The notes under the pieces: generated by a model
Database searches by the model: none
What the model was told of the DNA's origin: nothing
Seen by the model: the letters and a program-made list of their open reading frames with translations, nothing else
Origin: Octopus bimaculoides
Taxonomy: Eukaryota
DNA length: 38,047 bases
Reading direction: 5' to 3'
Assembly: GCF_001194135.2 (NCBI RefSeq)
Contig: NC_069001.1
Coordinates: forward strand, 28,008,526 to 28,046,572
Made by a program: the position numbers and the translations under genes
Part shown: one piece after another, positions 1-12,457 of the stretch
How positions within the stretch are numbered: the first letter of the stretch is position 1
Layout of the letters: the number at the start of each line of letters is the position of its first letter

Positions 1-32
<32 letters not shown>

Positions 33-47
33 TACATACATTATATT

Positions 48-78
<31 letters not shown>

Positions 79-133
79 GCATACATACATTATATGTGTG
101 TATATATGTATATATATATATGCATACATACAT

Positions 134-215
<82 letters not shown>

Positions 216-310
216 ACAGACAGACAGACAGACCGATAGATACATAGATGAGTAAATATTCGAACGAATATTCATAATGATATCATCATCATCATCATCA
301 TCATCATCTT
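1..310. repeat. Compound microsatellite (TA)n/(CA)n/(GACA)n/(ATC)n
   Basis: Directly visible simple repeats; they account for ORFs 28..255, 47..247 and 90..377. Confidence 0.95.
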
Positions 311-1106
311 TATCATTAGCAGTAAATATATAAATAATTAATAATAATACTAGTAATAATGATATTAGTCGCCGCAAGCAACAAGGCTGTTAATTGCCTA
401 ATCAATAAAATTTTACGATGTATGAAGATACGGTTGGTAGAACGAAATTACTTGAATTATATCGCCATTTTAGTCGAAGGCATTCTAAGATTCCTATTTA
501 CAAACATCTATTGACGGTAGGCTGAGTAATTGGAGGGAGATTTCGCTACAATATTTAGTAGTTTGCTCGAACCTATCGACAAAGTGAGGACTCGCTATTT
601 ATGTTACTTTGCCTATGGGACCTATCAGTTATTCTCATTGAGAGAGAGGTATTATGAAAAAGCGATACCATTTCGTTAACTGCTGTCGCTGTTTTTGCTG
701 CTATTCTTACCTCCCTTCCTTTCCTATTTTCCTTTTATTGTAATCATGACACATCTGCCTCCAGTTGATTCAAATATATTTAATAAAATATAGGGGACTC
801 AACAAACCAAAGAAAATATGAAGTTACCTCCCTTACTTGAAGCGTTATTTCCCTTGAATACTCTACGTCATCAATTTGATTATTGCGAGGTTATAATTTC
901 TTATTATTGTTGTTGCTTTTCTGCTTGTTTTTTCTTTTTTTGGCGTGGTTATTGTTTTATATCTGATTAAAAGTATCTAAATTCGTGATTACCTCATACA
1001 GATAATAGCAGCATTGAGAACGTATAACGTCGCTACTGTTATCCCGAGAGAATCACTGAGTAAGTGGTTCTATGCATTCACTGTTTACCTATTAATACAT
1101 ACATAA

Positions 1107-1138
<32 letters not shown>

Positions 1139-1160
1139 CACACACGAACATGGTCCCTCC

Positions 1161-1348
1161 TTTACTCTCTTATTCTTTTACTCCATTTTACTTGTTTCAG
1201 TCATTTGACGGTGGCTATGCTGGAGCACCGGTTTTAGTCGAGCAAATCGACCCCAGGACTTATTCTTTGGAAGCCTAGTACTTATTCTATCGGTTTCTTT
1301 TGCCGAACCGCTAAGTTACGGGGACTTAAACACACCAGCATCGCTTGT

Positions 1349-1417
<69 letters not shown>

Positions 1418-1538
1418 GACGGGCTTCTTTCAGTTTCCGTCTGCCAAATCCACTCACAAGGCTTTGGTCGGCCCGAGGCTATAGTAGAAGACACGTACCG
1501 AAGGTGCCATACAGTGGGACTGAATCCGTAACCATGTG
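1161..1538 (-). mobile_element. SINE family B (tRNA-derived head, central TA/CA microsatellite, CAGTC-AAAT-GACTG hairpin tail), 5'-truncated
   Basis: Colinear with the copies at 13626-14355, 14740-15303, 18342-18762 and 31836-32290; the head is cut at CCATGTG. Confidence 0.85.
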
Positions 1539-2097
1539 ATACCTCCTTACTCCTTTCCACAAAGCCTTAGAGTTAGCACTGCCGCCTACATTGAGGTCCT
1601 GGAAACAATTGTTAAGTCCTGAAGAGACAGTATACGCAATGAGTGGCCATATGTGTTTCAGTAAGTCTCTGCACTATCACACATGGCTCTAGTAACACAG
1701 GAATGGATGGCTGAAAATTTTCCTGATCACATAACCCCTAACGTTTAGCCTCGTAATTCCCTAGACCTCAATCCATTGGACTATCACATGTGGAGCGTTG
1801 TTGAGAGAGAGTGTAATGAACACGCCCATAACAGCAAAGATTCTTTGAAAGCTGCCATAGTCAGAATAATGTCCAAAATGAATCAGGACCACTTGATTCG
1901 AGAATGTACATGATTTAGATCTTGTATAGAAGCAGTTGATGAAGCTGAAGATGGCTTTATTGAATAACATTATAGAAAAAAAGGTTCGTTTTTATGACCA
2001 TTGCATTTTTTTTTTTGATAAATAAAGTTATTATCTCTTCTTATATAGATGTTTTTTTTATAAACATAAATCTGTCCTGAAATATCTTACTCTCTCA
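1533..2097 (+). pseudogene. DD37D (maT-type) Tc1/mariner transposase, C-terminal half plus right TIR
   Basis: 1533-1967 reads in one frame HVIPPYSFPQSLRVSTAAYIEVLETIVKS*...YVFQ*VSALSH...V*PRNSLDLNPLDYHMWSVVERE...IEAVDEAEDGFIE* with 4 internal stops. There are 37 residues between the degenerate second D position and the D of PLDY. TIR-like end near 2073-2097 followed by TA. Confidence 0.85.
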
Positions 2098-2207
2098 TAT
2101 ATATATATATNNNNNNNNNNNNNNNNNNNNNNNNNNNNNNNNNNNNNNNNNNNNNNNNNNNNNNNNNNNNNNNNNNNNNNNNNNNNNNNNNNNNNNNNNN
2201 NNNNNNN

Positions 2208-2400
2208 AGCGCGCCGGGCGAAATGCTTAGCGGTATTTCGTCTGCCGTTACGTTCTGAGTTCAACTTTGCCTTTCATCCTTTCGGGGTCGATTAAATAAA
2301 GTACCAGTTACGCACTGGAGTCGATGTAATCGACTTAATTTCTTTGTCTATCCTTGTTTGTCCCCTCTATGTTTAGCCCCCTTGTGGGCAATAAAGAAAT
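2208..2400 (+). mobile_element. SINE family A (tRNA head plus Nin/Deu-like central domain) with tail 1; 16-bp deletion at the B box
   Basis: Matches 25767-26000 and 37812-38047; starts at an N gap. Confidence 0.85.
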
Positions 2401-2438
2401 TATATATATATATATATATAATGATAAATATCTACATA

Positions 2439-2865
2439 CAGTAAATCCTCGAGTATAATCCGCACTTTTTTCCCAGAATTTAAAGGTCAACATTTCTAGT
2501 GCATACTATATACGAGGTTAAAAATGAAAAGCATTTTCTAAGCAAAATTTTCTAAGTGATAGACATGTAAAGGCAATTTACTTAATATTTACTTATCACT
2601 GACGTTATTACTGTTATTTCTTTATTTTCTGCAAACAAAGTGCACAAAAAAAAGCTACACGTTTGCATTATGTTATATATACAATAATAATAAAGGGCCT
2701 TACCCTATATATGTTTACAAACCAAGGACGTTATATAGACCTCCTTGACTCAAGTTAGAGAAGGGTTGCGCATCATACACAAGGTTTTGGTTTTTCAGAG
2801 GTACAGCCCCCTAGAAATTCCCTGCGTATTATACTCAAGGGCGCACTACACTCGAGGATTTACGG
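2439..2865. mobile_element. 427-bp pogo/Tc1-mariner-type MITE
   Basis: TIRs CAGTAAATCCTCGAGTATAATCCGC (from 2439) and the reverse complement CCGTAAATCCTCGAGTGTAGTGCGC (ending 2865); TA on both sides (2437-2438, 2866-2867); no ORF. Confidence 0.85.
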
Positions 2866-4108
2866 TATGTATGTATATGTGTGTGTATGCATTTGAGTGC
2901 ATTTTGAGAAGTAACTGAGCCGTTTGCACCTTACTTTCATATACTGTTTTTCCTATACTGTACGAGGTCGATAGAATATTTATTGATCCAAAAGATATAA
3001 TCTGGTTCAGTGCTCAGTATTAAAATTCATCAGGATACATGGGAGGCAATGATTCAATTGATTGACAATATTTGCTCTCGGAGTTACTCCCCATTACGAT
3101 TCTAGCGACTCGGATTGCAATTTGATTTTAAATGGCCGCTTCTTAAGCATTCCATTGAAGCGGTCGGTATTGAGTGCGCTCAGTAGCGAATTTAATACTT
3201 AATATATATATAATTTAACATACATACATACATATATATGCACACACATATATATACATATATATGCATACATACACACACATATATATATGTATATATA
3301 TGTGTATGTATATATGTATGTATGTATACACATATATGTATACATACTTGTATATAGATACCTGTGTGTATATCTAATGGGGTACCATTAAACTTTAAAT
3401 GACTTATTCAATGTGCCGCGAAATGGCAACGTATTTAAGCATTGATGGTCTACGCCATCACTTGCCCTATTAATTATTACAGTTAAATACATTCACATTT
3501 CGGTTTTAAAATATATGAAAATATACATTGTTCATTATTGTTCTAAATTTAAAATCACGTTATATTTTCCTAACGGCTTGAAGTTGTCTGATATTAGATC
3601 TTCTGTATCCGGTTTTACTAGCGCACAATGTTAAAAAAAACACAAAAAAAAAACAAAAAAAAAACAATGTGTACAGACCACAAGTGACATGTTTTAACGT
3701 TAGCGTGTAGTTTTCAATTTGTTGCATCTGCTGTTAGAAATTACACGCAAGTAACTCCCAGATTACACCCTACAATCTTGGAATAGGAATAAAATCGAAT
3801 CACGCGGCTTTAAATAAATTATCAATGGAAACCAAACGGAGATATCTTTGATCCCAGCTGGTCTATATTATCGCAGCTCGCCCGTGGCCAAGCGAGAGTA
3901 AATACAAAATACAAGAACAACAACTAAATATTTTGCAGTCATATGAGAGACTCACTTCGCAGCTGCTTGAAATTATAGAAGTAACTGTTGCACAAATACC
4001 GCTTTACATTTTATGAAAAGTAATTCAAATTCTTGAATAATATATATTGTGGATGTGGGTGCTACTGGTTTAGATAGAAGGAACGATATTCACGCGTGAA
4101 CGCCTTTA

Positions 4109-4420
4109 TCTTATGCGCCCTTTTTTTCAAAGCCTAGCCAGGCTCATGGGCCCGGTTTCCCGGTTTCTATGGCATGTGTCCCGCCCCCCAGCTGGACGGG
4201 ACGCCAATCCATCGCAGCTTTACTCAAGAAACAGGAAGAAAGAGTGAGAGAAAGTTGGGGTGAAAGAGTACAACAGGGGTCGACATCATCCTCTGCCGGA
4301 GCCTCGTGGAGCTTTAGGTGTTTCGCTCGATAAACGCACACAACACCCGGTCTGGGAATTGAAACCGCGATCCTCCGACCGCGAGTCTGCTACCCTAACC
4401 ACTGGGCCATTGCGCCTCCA
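4109..4420 (-). mobile_element. SINE head C plus tail X, full length
   Basis: tRNA-like head GGAGGCGCAATGGCCCAGTGGTTAGGG...; exact 14-bp TSD CGTGAACGCCTTTA at 4095-4108 and 4421-4434; about 190 bp shared with 10970-11160. Confidence 0.9.
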
Positions 4421-4484
4421 CGTGAACGCCTTTAGTCATAGATATATTCAAACAAAAATGACCTGGAATATAACAACGATAAGA

Positions 4485-4943
4485 TATACACAGCGCTAGT
4501 CTCGACACCATATTCTGCAGTGAGCCGCTGCATAGACACACCACGTTCAACATTCTGTAGTAACTTCACTTTCTGCGTTATTGATAATGATAAATGTTTC
4601 TTTTTCGTTTTCTCACTGTTATCTATTGAGGTATTTCTCTTCGACATTTTCGGGGTAAATTATATACAAAGTTACAAGAAACAACACGAAGATAGCAAAC
4701 AGCAAATGGAAGTCTTCTCTCTACGAGTGCTGAGACACACCTGGCACTTGGCTGTAAGTAGCGCCCAGCCTGCCAAGCGTTGTCACGTCATACTTGGGTG
4801 AATCAGGTCACGGTGGTTAGTTTGTCGCACCAAATGATCCCTTTTATGACACGCTTCACCCTCCAAAAAAAAAAAAAAAAAAAAAAGTTCAGTCTTTCGG
4901 CCTTTTCGGATTTTAGATTTCCGAATAAAGGATTGTGTACCTA
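4485..4943 (-). mobile_element. Tigger/pogo-like DNA transposon 5' end with N-terminal CENP-B-type HTH transposase fragment
   Basis: ORF 4647->4432 MSKRNTSIDNSEKTKKKHLSLSITQKVKLLQNVERGVSMQRLTAEYGVETSAVY resembles Tigger4/Jerky-type N-termini; Tigger-like TIR TAGGTACACAATCCTTTATTCGG ends at 4943 with TA outside. Confidence 0.75.
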
Positions 4944-6207
4944 TATAAGACATAACAATGATAAGATAAATATGGCCATCTATTTCGTCCTCTTTCGCTC
5001 TCTTCGTTATATAAAATGCATCATACAAATGGAAATCACTTGAGTGATGATAAAGTACACCTACAGACTGCTGCTGTCACGGTTGAGTAAGTTTGGTTTG
5101 TAAATATATACCGTGATTTGTCTAATTGCTCAAGTGTCTATAATTTCGGAGCAGGCACAGACATCAGTTGATCCCACTCATAAATGACGTAGCGGTACAT
5201 CCAATATTTGACAACTAGAAGGAGAGCAGACTCATTATAACTGCGTAAGCAGTCGCAATGTGAAATGAGTTGTCTTGTACAGTGCCACAAGGTATTAGTC
5301 GGTTCAAGAATGGAAGCATTGAATTTATGATTATGATCCGATCACTCCAAATTCTACCACGGTTAACTTCAATTATGTGATTGAAAACTCTTGTATAACC
5401 AAATGTGAGAAAGAAGGTAAGGTTAGCTGGGTTCTGCTCTATTTATGTATGCATATATATATGNNNNNNNNNNNNNNNNNNNNNNNNNNNNNNNNNNNNN
5501 NNNNNNNNNNNNNNNNNNNNNNNNNNNNNNNNNNNNNNNNNNNNNNNNNNNNNNNNNNNNNNNNNNNNNNNNNNNNNNNNNNNNNNNNNNNNNNNNNNNN
5601 NNNNNNNNNNNNNNNNNNNNNNNNNNNNNNNNNNNNNNNNNNNNNNNNNNNNNNNNNNNNNNNNNNNNNNNNNNNNNNNNNNNNNNNNNNNNNNNNNNNN
5701 NNNNNNNNNNNNNNNNNNNNNNNNNNNNNNNNNNNNNNNNNNNNNNNNNNNNNNNNNNNNNNNNNNNNNNNNNNNNNNNNNNNNNNNNNNNNNNNNNNNN
5801 NNNNNNNNNNNNNNNNNNNNNNNNNNNNNNNNNNNNNNNNNNNNNNNNNNNNNNNNNNNNNNNNNNNNNNNNNNNNNNNNNNNNNNNNNNNNNNNNNNNN
5901 NNNNNNNNNNNNNNNNNNNNNNNNNNNNNNNNNNNNNNNNNNNNNNNNNNNNNNNNNNNNNNNNNNNNNNNNNNNNNNNNNNNNNNNNNNNNNNNNNNNN
6001 NNNNNNNNNNNNNNNNNNNNNNNNNNNNNNNNNNNNNNNNNNNNNNNNNNNNNNNNNNNNNNNNNNNNNNNNNNNNNNNNNNNNNNNNNNNNNNNNNNNN
6101 NNNNNNNNNNNNNNNNNNNNNNNNNNNNNNNNNNNNNNNNNNNNNNNNNNNNNNNNNNNNNNNNNNNNNNNNNNNAAGAAGGTAAGGTTAGCTGGGTTCT
6201 GCTCTAT

Positions 6208-6418
6208 TTATGTATGCATATATATATGCATACATACACATATAAATACATAGATGCATATATGTATGTATATATATATATATGTCCATACGTTTATATA
6301 TAAATATTTATTCACATATATGTATATATATATATATATGCACATATATATGTATAGATATATCATACGTATATATCTGTACATACATATACCCAACAGA
6401 AATGCAGGTACACGCACG

Positions 6419-6456
<38 letters not shown>

Positions 6457-6460
6457 TGTA
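6208..6460. repeat. TA/CA-rich microsatellite
   Basis: Directly visible. Confidence 0.9.
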
Positions 6461-7338
6461 TGCACGTATGTAAACGAAGATATATTACTGTGAGAAACTG
6501 AAAATCTATCACTGCTAATGTCGTGACACGAATTTCTGATTACATAAACAACATTGCGCAATCTTTAAACGAACGTTATAGATTTCTGTAGTCATAGATT
6601 AGTTTTGAATACATTATAAAGCAATATGGGCTTGTTTTGATTCACTGTAGAGCTAATATAATTTACTAAGTTAATTTCGTTAACTAGATTATTGATTAAA
6701 CTTTCTACTTGCCAGATGCCGAGCCGAAACTCTCTAAACATACTTGTATCTCAAAAGTCTTAGAAACACACTGGTTTGTTGTGCTCTAATTCATAAGTTG
6801 TGTATACACACACACACACACACACACACAACACACAAAGAAACAGCCAGTTTTCAGCCGTTTACTCAACATACAGAAATTGAACACCTATTTTGTATAT
6901 CTTAAACTACCTCTGACGAGATTTGACTTTCAAATAATTTTTTATTTTATTTATTAATTTTCTGAAGGTCTTGAATTGAAACTGCTGTAAGAAATGTCTG
7001 TCAATTTTTTAATTAATATTATTAATTATCGCTTTATTTTCTTATTGTAATAAATAAATGATATATAAACTACAGTTTAGAAAGTTACCTTACTGTTGAA
7101 TATTAACTGTAATGTTCAACATACTTTGTATAGGTAACTAACCAGTACTTTTAAAGGATTGTGTTATTCCTTAATGAAGTTTGTAACCATTATTTGAACT
7201 TATGTGCATGANNNNNNNNNNTTGTAACCATTATTTGAACTTATGTGCATGATACACACACACACACACACATATATATATGTGTAACATGAAATCAAGA
7301 GATTCGCGGTATATCTTGATCTATTTATTCATATATAA

Positions 7339-7567
7339 ACTAGCGGGACCCGTGAATATTTCACGAATTAATGATATTGGGTTATTTCACGGAATGATAT
7401 TGTACGGAATTAATGATATTGGGTTATTTCTGAAAACGTTTTCCAAAAGACCTGAACGCGTAGCCTATGTTCTGTCTGTATCGTTAAAAAGTGAAAAGGT
7501 TCTGTTAATCATTGAAAAGTGAAGGAAAATGGAACGATGATTTCTTAATACACTTTATATATATATA
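7339..7567 (+). mobile_element. Possible Helentron/HINE-like non-autonomous element
   Basis: Starts ACTAGCGGGACCCGTGAATATTTCACG (subterminal near-palindrome), has a 24-bp internal direct repeat (7365-7388, 7407-7430) and ends in TTTATATATAT. Family assignment is from memory of HINE/DINE-1-type termini. Confidence 0.35.
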
Positions 7568-7754
7568 CTTTGTATAACTCTCCCTATTTTTCTCTCACTC
7601 TTCGTTTTCCACAACTATCCACCTCAATAAACCACTATTGTTCCTGGAAGTCTTTAAAATTTTTTTTATATTTACTACAGATTGCCTGAAGCTAACTTTC
7701 TTCCTACACGTCGATCCCTGGATCTCACATTTGTACACGCACACANNNNNNNNN

Positions 7755-7955
7755 NTATATGTGTATATATACATATATGTGTATATATACATATATGTAT
7801 ATATACATATTTGTATATATATACATATAGATATATATATATATACATACATATAGATATATATTTATATACATACATATATATATATATGTGTGTGTGT
7901 GTATATATATGTATATATATATGTGCATATATATATATGTGTGTGTATATATATA

Positions 7956-7996
<41 letters not shown>

Positions 7997-8130
7997 ATAT
8001 ATATATATGTTACACATACACACATGTATATACTTATGTGTGTGTGTGCGTGTGTGTGTAACCTATAGATATACATTTATATGTTACACACACAAATGTG
8101 TGTGTATGTGTGTGTGTGTGTGTGTGTGTT
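7755..8130. repeat. TA/TG microsatellite tract
   Basis: Directly visible. Confidence 0.95.
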
Positions 8131-8365
8131 GGTGGCATATAATAGGTTAGGGTATTGTACTCTTGACCATACGAATGTGGTTTGTCTTTCAGGATCGTCC
8201 GATGCGTTGTGTTCTTGAGCAAAACCTCTCATTCCACGCCGTTCGTGTTTACTCCACAAGCAGAAATGTCTAATCCTGCGGCGTATTGGTACCCCGTCGC
8301 GAGGGAAATATACACGCCACAGAATCCGGGAGACCAGCCTTATGATCTACGTCACAGATAGGGCC
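8131..8365 (+). mobile_element. Decayed SINE head D (CORE-like TTGAGCAA motif) plus tail X
   Basis: GTTGTGTTCTTGAGCAAAAC aligns to the D head (31220-31265); CTGCGGCGTATTGG...CACGCCACAGAATCCGGGAGACC aligns to tail X of 4109-4215. Confidence 0.6.
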
Positions 8366-8489
8366 TTTGAGCCCCTTTTCTACATTCCTCTACATAGATA
8401 TGTTTATTGACTCAATGAGGGAGATTTATTCTAGGACGCTCAAGCTGCTAGAAATAATACCCAGAAGTGGCCAGATATCACATATACAC

Positions 8490-8878
8490 CTTTTAATCGT
8501 TTTAGTCATTATACTGCGGCCATGATGGGGCACTACTTTTAGTCGAATGAATAGATCTTTTTTTTTAAGCTTGATACTTTTTCTGTCGGTCTCTTCATCG
8601 AACCGCTAATTTATGGGGAAATAAACACACGAACACTGGTTGTTCGGTGGTGATGGGTGACAAACACATACACATGCTTTACATACAAACATACATACAT
8701 ACATACATACATACATATTATTATTATTACACATGCACACATAACTGACGGGCTTCTTTCAGTTTCAGTCTATCAAACCCACTCACAGGGCTTTGGTCGG
8801 CCTGAGGCTATAGAAGAAGACATTTGCCCAAGATGCTATGCAGTGTAACTGAAACAGGAACCACGTGGTTGGGTCGAA
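8490..8878 (-). mobile_element. SINE family B, decayed
   Basis: Tail, right arm, (CATA)n centre, GACGGGCTTCTTTCAGTTTC left arm and head in the expected order. Confidence 0.8.
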
Positions 8879-9277
8879 CACTAGTTATTTCAAAACGTTC
8901 ATATGTTATGTAGAATAAAGTCCTAGTTGTATCTAGCATGCGGAAACAATATGAGCTGATGATAGAAATGTCTTTAATTATTAGTTAAATTATCAAAGGT
9001 TGCCTTGTGATCAACAATACAAATCATAGCGTTTTAATGTCTATATGGTGCGTTGATGCGCAGGTTTCTGCTTTTGAGTCAAAGCCGCAAATTAGGTAAC
9101 GTACCGGCGTTCATTAAGATGCCAGAAGTCCGTTTGTTATTAATGAATTGAGTTAGATCGGAAGATAATGAAATAACACTAAACGTTCGAAAATAGCTTA
9201 TGATGTAGAATTACGAGTCAGTTATTTCTTTTTAAGTATATTACAGAATAAGTATTTCTTGTGAGATTAGATATCAA

Positions 9278-9800
9278 GCAGGCAAACTCTTTAGGGCCGA
9301 GGAGAAATACTTCGCGTATTTCTTGCGATATATGACATTGAGTTCAAATCCCGCTGATGTCACATTTACATTTTAGCCTTCCAGGGTCGATAAAATACAA
9401 TATGGTTCAAGTATAGCGATTTATGATGTTGAATGCTTCCTCTCACCTAAGTATTGATAACCGTATTTCATAATAAACAATTGCATTCCGATTCCATTCA
9501 CATTCCTGTTACTCTCACATCTTTATTTAAAAAACACTGAGGTCTATTCTGCATTTCATCATTTAAGAGTGGGTAAATTTGAATATCATTCAAGTATAGA
9601 GATCGATGGCATCGACTATTTCTCCTCACCCCAAAATTGGTGGTCTTGAACCTAAATCAAAAATCTGATTCCAGCCCTTTAAATTCTAAATTCAAAATCC
9701 CGATAAGTTCAACGTCGCTTTTCATCATCTCAGATCAGTCAAGTACATAGTTTCATTATATCAACTAAATCACCCTCGCCTCAAAATTGCTGACCTCCAG
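9278..9800 (+). mobile_element. Cluster of three highly decayed family-A/tail-2 SINE remnants
   Basis: GAGTTCAAATCCCGC B-box-like motif (9339), AGGGTCGATAAAAT, and repeated TTCAAGTATAG...CTCACC..AAAATTG blocks near 9406, 9588 and 9740. Confidence 0.45.
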
Positions 9801-9909
9801 CCTAAATTAGTTATCTGCGTTATGACATATGTATAGAAGTCAATTTCCTCACTAAACTTGCTAAGAAAATGCCCCGGCATGGCACCCTTCCAATGATTAA
9901 AATCTAATT

Positions 9910-9912
<3 letters not shown>

Positions 9913-9971
<59 letters not shown>

Positions 9972-10210
9972 TCAATCACACACACGTACAGACACATGCA
10001 TGCACACATACACATTCAAACACTCGAACACACACGCAAACACGCGCGCACACATTTGTGCGTGTGTGAGTGTATGTGTGAATGTATGTTATATACATTT
10101 AAATATGTGTATATTAACATATATTTTTATGTATGTTTGTGTATGTATATATACATGTGTGTGTCTGTGTGTGTGTGTAGACATAAATGTGTGCGTGTGT
10201 GTGTCTATGT
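9913..10210. repeat. (TC)n/(CA)n/(TG)n microsatellite
   Basis: Directly visible. Confidence 0.9.
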
Positions 10211-10774
10211 ATCTACATGTAACTAGGTGTGTAGGTTTGTATGGTTGTATGTACGTTTTCTAAAATGTACGGCATTATCGATTAAACGTTTGGTAATATA
10301 ACAATATCGGTGAATTATTAAAGGTATAAATATGAATTTATGATTTAAATAAGTGCTAATATTTTAGATGTAATGTGCCATTAGGTATTATAAGCACCAG
10401 TTTGAGACAGAAAATGTGGAACTCACTCTCGTTTCTGTCTGAAATCGGCACGTATTACACAACTTAATGTGAATTTATTTTCAGAATAAAACAACTATGT
10501 AGATTTTGACTCTGGTGTAATTATCAACAATAACTGATTTTCATTCATAATTTTAGTAAAAGTTTCCATGAATATCTCTTGGGCATTTCGTGGTTCGCTG
10601 TAGGCTCATCATGGCGAATTTAGAAATAAATTGCATCATAGTAAAAATATCACCTATGATTTCATCACCTGGTAATTTTATGGTAAGTTAATAATATCGT
10701 GGGCCAACACAGACTTGCTAAACTCATCGTCACTGGCGAAACTCAAGGAAATTCTATGGGTTTCGCTAGAGCAT

Positions 10775-11160
10775 GTGTTGGCACTCCGTCGCTTACGACG
10801 TCGAGGGTTCCAGTTGATCCGATCAACGGAACAGCCTGCTCGTGAAATTAACGTGCAAGTGGCTGAGCACTCCACAGACACGTGTACCCTTAACGTAGTT
10901 CTCGGGGATATTCAGCGTGACACAGTGTGACAAGGCTGACCCTTTGAATTACAGGCACAACAGAAACAGGAAGTAAGAGTGAGAGAAAGTTGTGGTGAAA
11001 GACTACAGCAGGGTTCGCCGCCACCATCCCCTACCGGAGCCTCGTGGAGCTTTAGGTGTTTCCGCTCAATAAACACTCACAACGCCCGGTCTGGTAATCG
11101 AAACCGCGATCCTATGACCGCGAGTCCGCTGCCCTAACCACTGGGCCATTGCGCCTCCAC
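10775..11160 (-). mobile_element. SINE head C plus tail Y, full length
   Basis: Same head as 4230-4420; tail shared with 17480-17653 and 31290-31461; degenerate TSD TCGCTAGAGCAT (10763-10774) / TCGCCAGAGAAT (11161-11172). Confidence 0.9.
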
Positions 11161-11781
11161 TCGCCAGAGAATACTAAGCACAATAACAACAGATGCATAT
11201 AAAATTATAAAACAGCGCAACACCCATCACAATAAGAACCTTGTACAATCCTGCATTATTCAAGCAACTCTAATAATTTGTCTTTTAAGAATGTTTTTTT
11301 TTTCCTTTTCTTCCATTTGGAAATACTAGTTTTAATACATTGTCTGTGATTCTATTTTAAAAGGAACTTTGCTTTAATTTGTTCATGTATATATTGAATA
11401 AATTTGATTATTATAATTTGATTTTAATCTTAGAATTTCTTTTGTAGAATGTTTTTTTTTTTTACGACAATTGTAATTTATTTTTCATTCTTAATGAAAT
11501 GAACTGCGTTGTTGTGGCAAATAAAAATGTTAAATAATATTTAGTTAGATATTTACTCTAAGAATAAAATGTATGACGACGAATTTACCGATGAGTATTT
11601 TGTATGCGATGTAATTGCCTTGCCATGACGTACTCAGTCGATGCAACTTAGTCTGTTGCTCTACAGCTCCATCTACCTTCGTACTAACATAAATTAATTG
11701 ACTATTCACAACGTTACAATGTCACACACTTAGGTGGAATGTCATAATCAACTATAAGGACTCATAAAAATTTGCTAGAAT

Positions 11782-11984
11782 CTTTTCTACTCTAGGCACA
11801 AAGCCCAACATTTTGGGTAGGGGGCCGTTGATTAGATCGACACCGATATGCAACTGGTACTTAATTTATCGACCACGAAACGATGAAAGGCAAAGTCGAC
11901 CTTGAACTCAGAACGTAAAGACAGACGAAATACCGCTAAGCTTTTTTCCCGGCGTGCTTACGTTTCTGCTAGCTCACCGCCTTA
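11782..11984 (-). mobile_element. SINE family A monomer with tail 2
   Basis: TSD ATTTGCTAGAAT (11770-11781) / ATTTGTTAGAAT (11988-11999); 10-bp deletion at the B box. Confidence 0.85.
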
Positions 11985-12412
11985 TAGATTTGTTAGAATG
12001 AAAGAGATGAGAGTCCGTCATCGACAGGATTTTAAGTAGGTAGTATACCCGACGATGACGTCTCTGCGAGGGTTCTCTACCTAACAGACATAATAGCCAA
12101 ATCTTCTTTAAAATGTGCTCTTTAAAGAAGGGGAATATAAATTGAATAATAGAAACATATATAACCATATATATAATGGCTGTAGAAAGGTAAGGTAGAA
12201 TGGGAAAGTACTCTCGCTTTTTAATAATTTTACTTGATCAAATCACAGTTAGGACAAAGATAACAACAGCAGTAAACAAAAGGACCCTAAAACATAATCC
12301 GTTACCCTGTGACTAGTAATACAAATTTTCGGCCTTTCTGCATCAATATTTGAGAAAAGAAAAAACAATGAAAAAGAGACAATAATGGGAAACAATGCAG
12401 GCATGTCATAAA

Positions 12413-12457
<45 letters not shown>

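Noticed and set aside
3016-3199. 12-13 bp inverted repeat AGTATTAAAATTC / GAATTTAATACT, 160 bp apart
   Set aside because: AT-rich, imperfect and without a TSD; compatible with chance.
5330-5422. Frame IYDYDPITPNSTTVNFNYVIENSCITKCEKE ending at AAG/GTAAGG
   Set aside because: In-frame stop upstream, no usable acceptor and no homology that I recognise.
5411-6228. 53-bp direct repeat flanking a long N run (5411-5463 / 6176-6228)
   Set aside because: Identical sequence on both sides of a gap is the signature of overlapping contig ends, not a TSD.
7181-7252. 31-bp direct repeat around a 10-N gap
   Set aside because: Same assembly artefact.
10611-10688. ATG in good Kozak context, 24 codons (MANLEINCIIVKISPMISSPGNFM), then GTAAGT
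   Set aside because: GTAAGT is expected several times by chance in 38 kb; no recognisable peptide and no compatible downstream exon.
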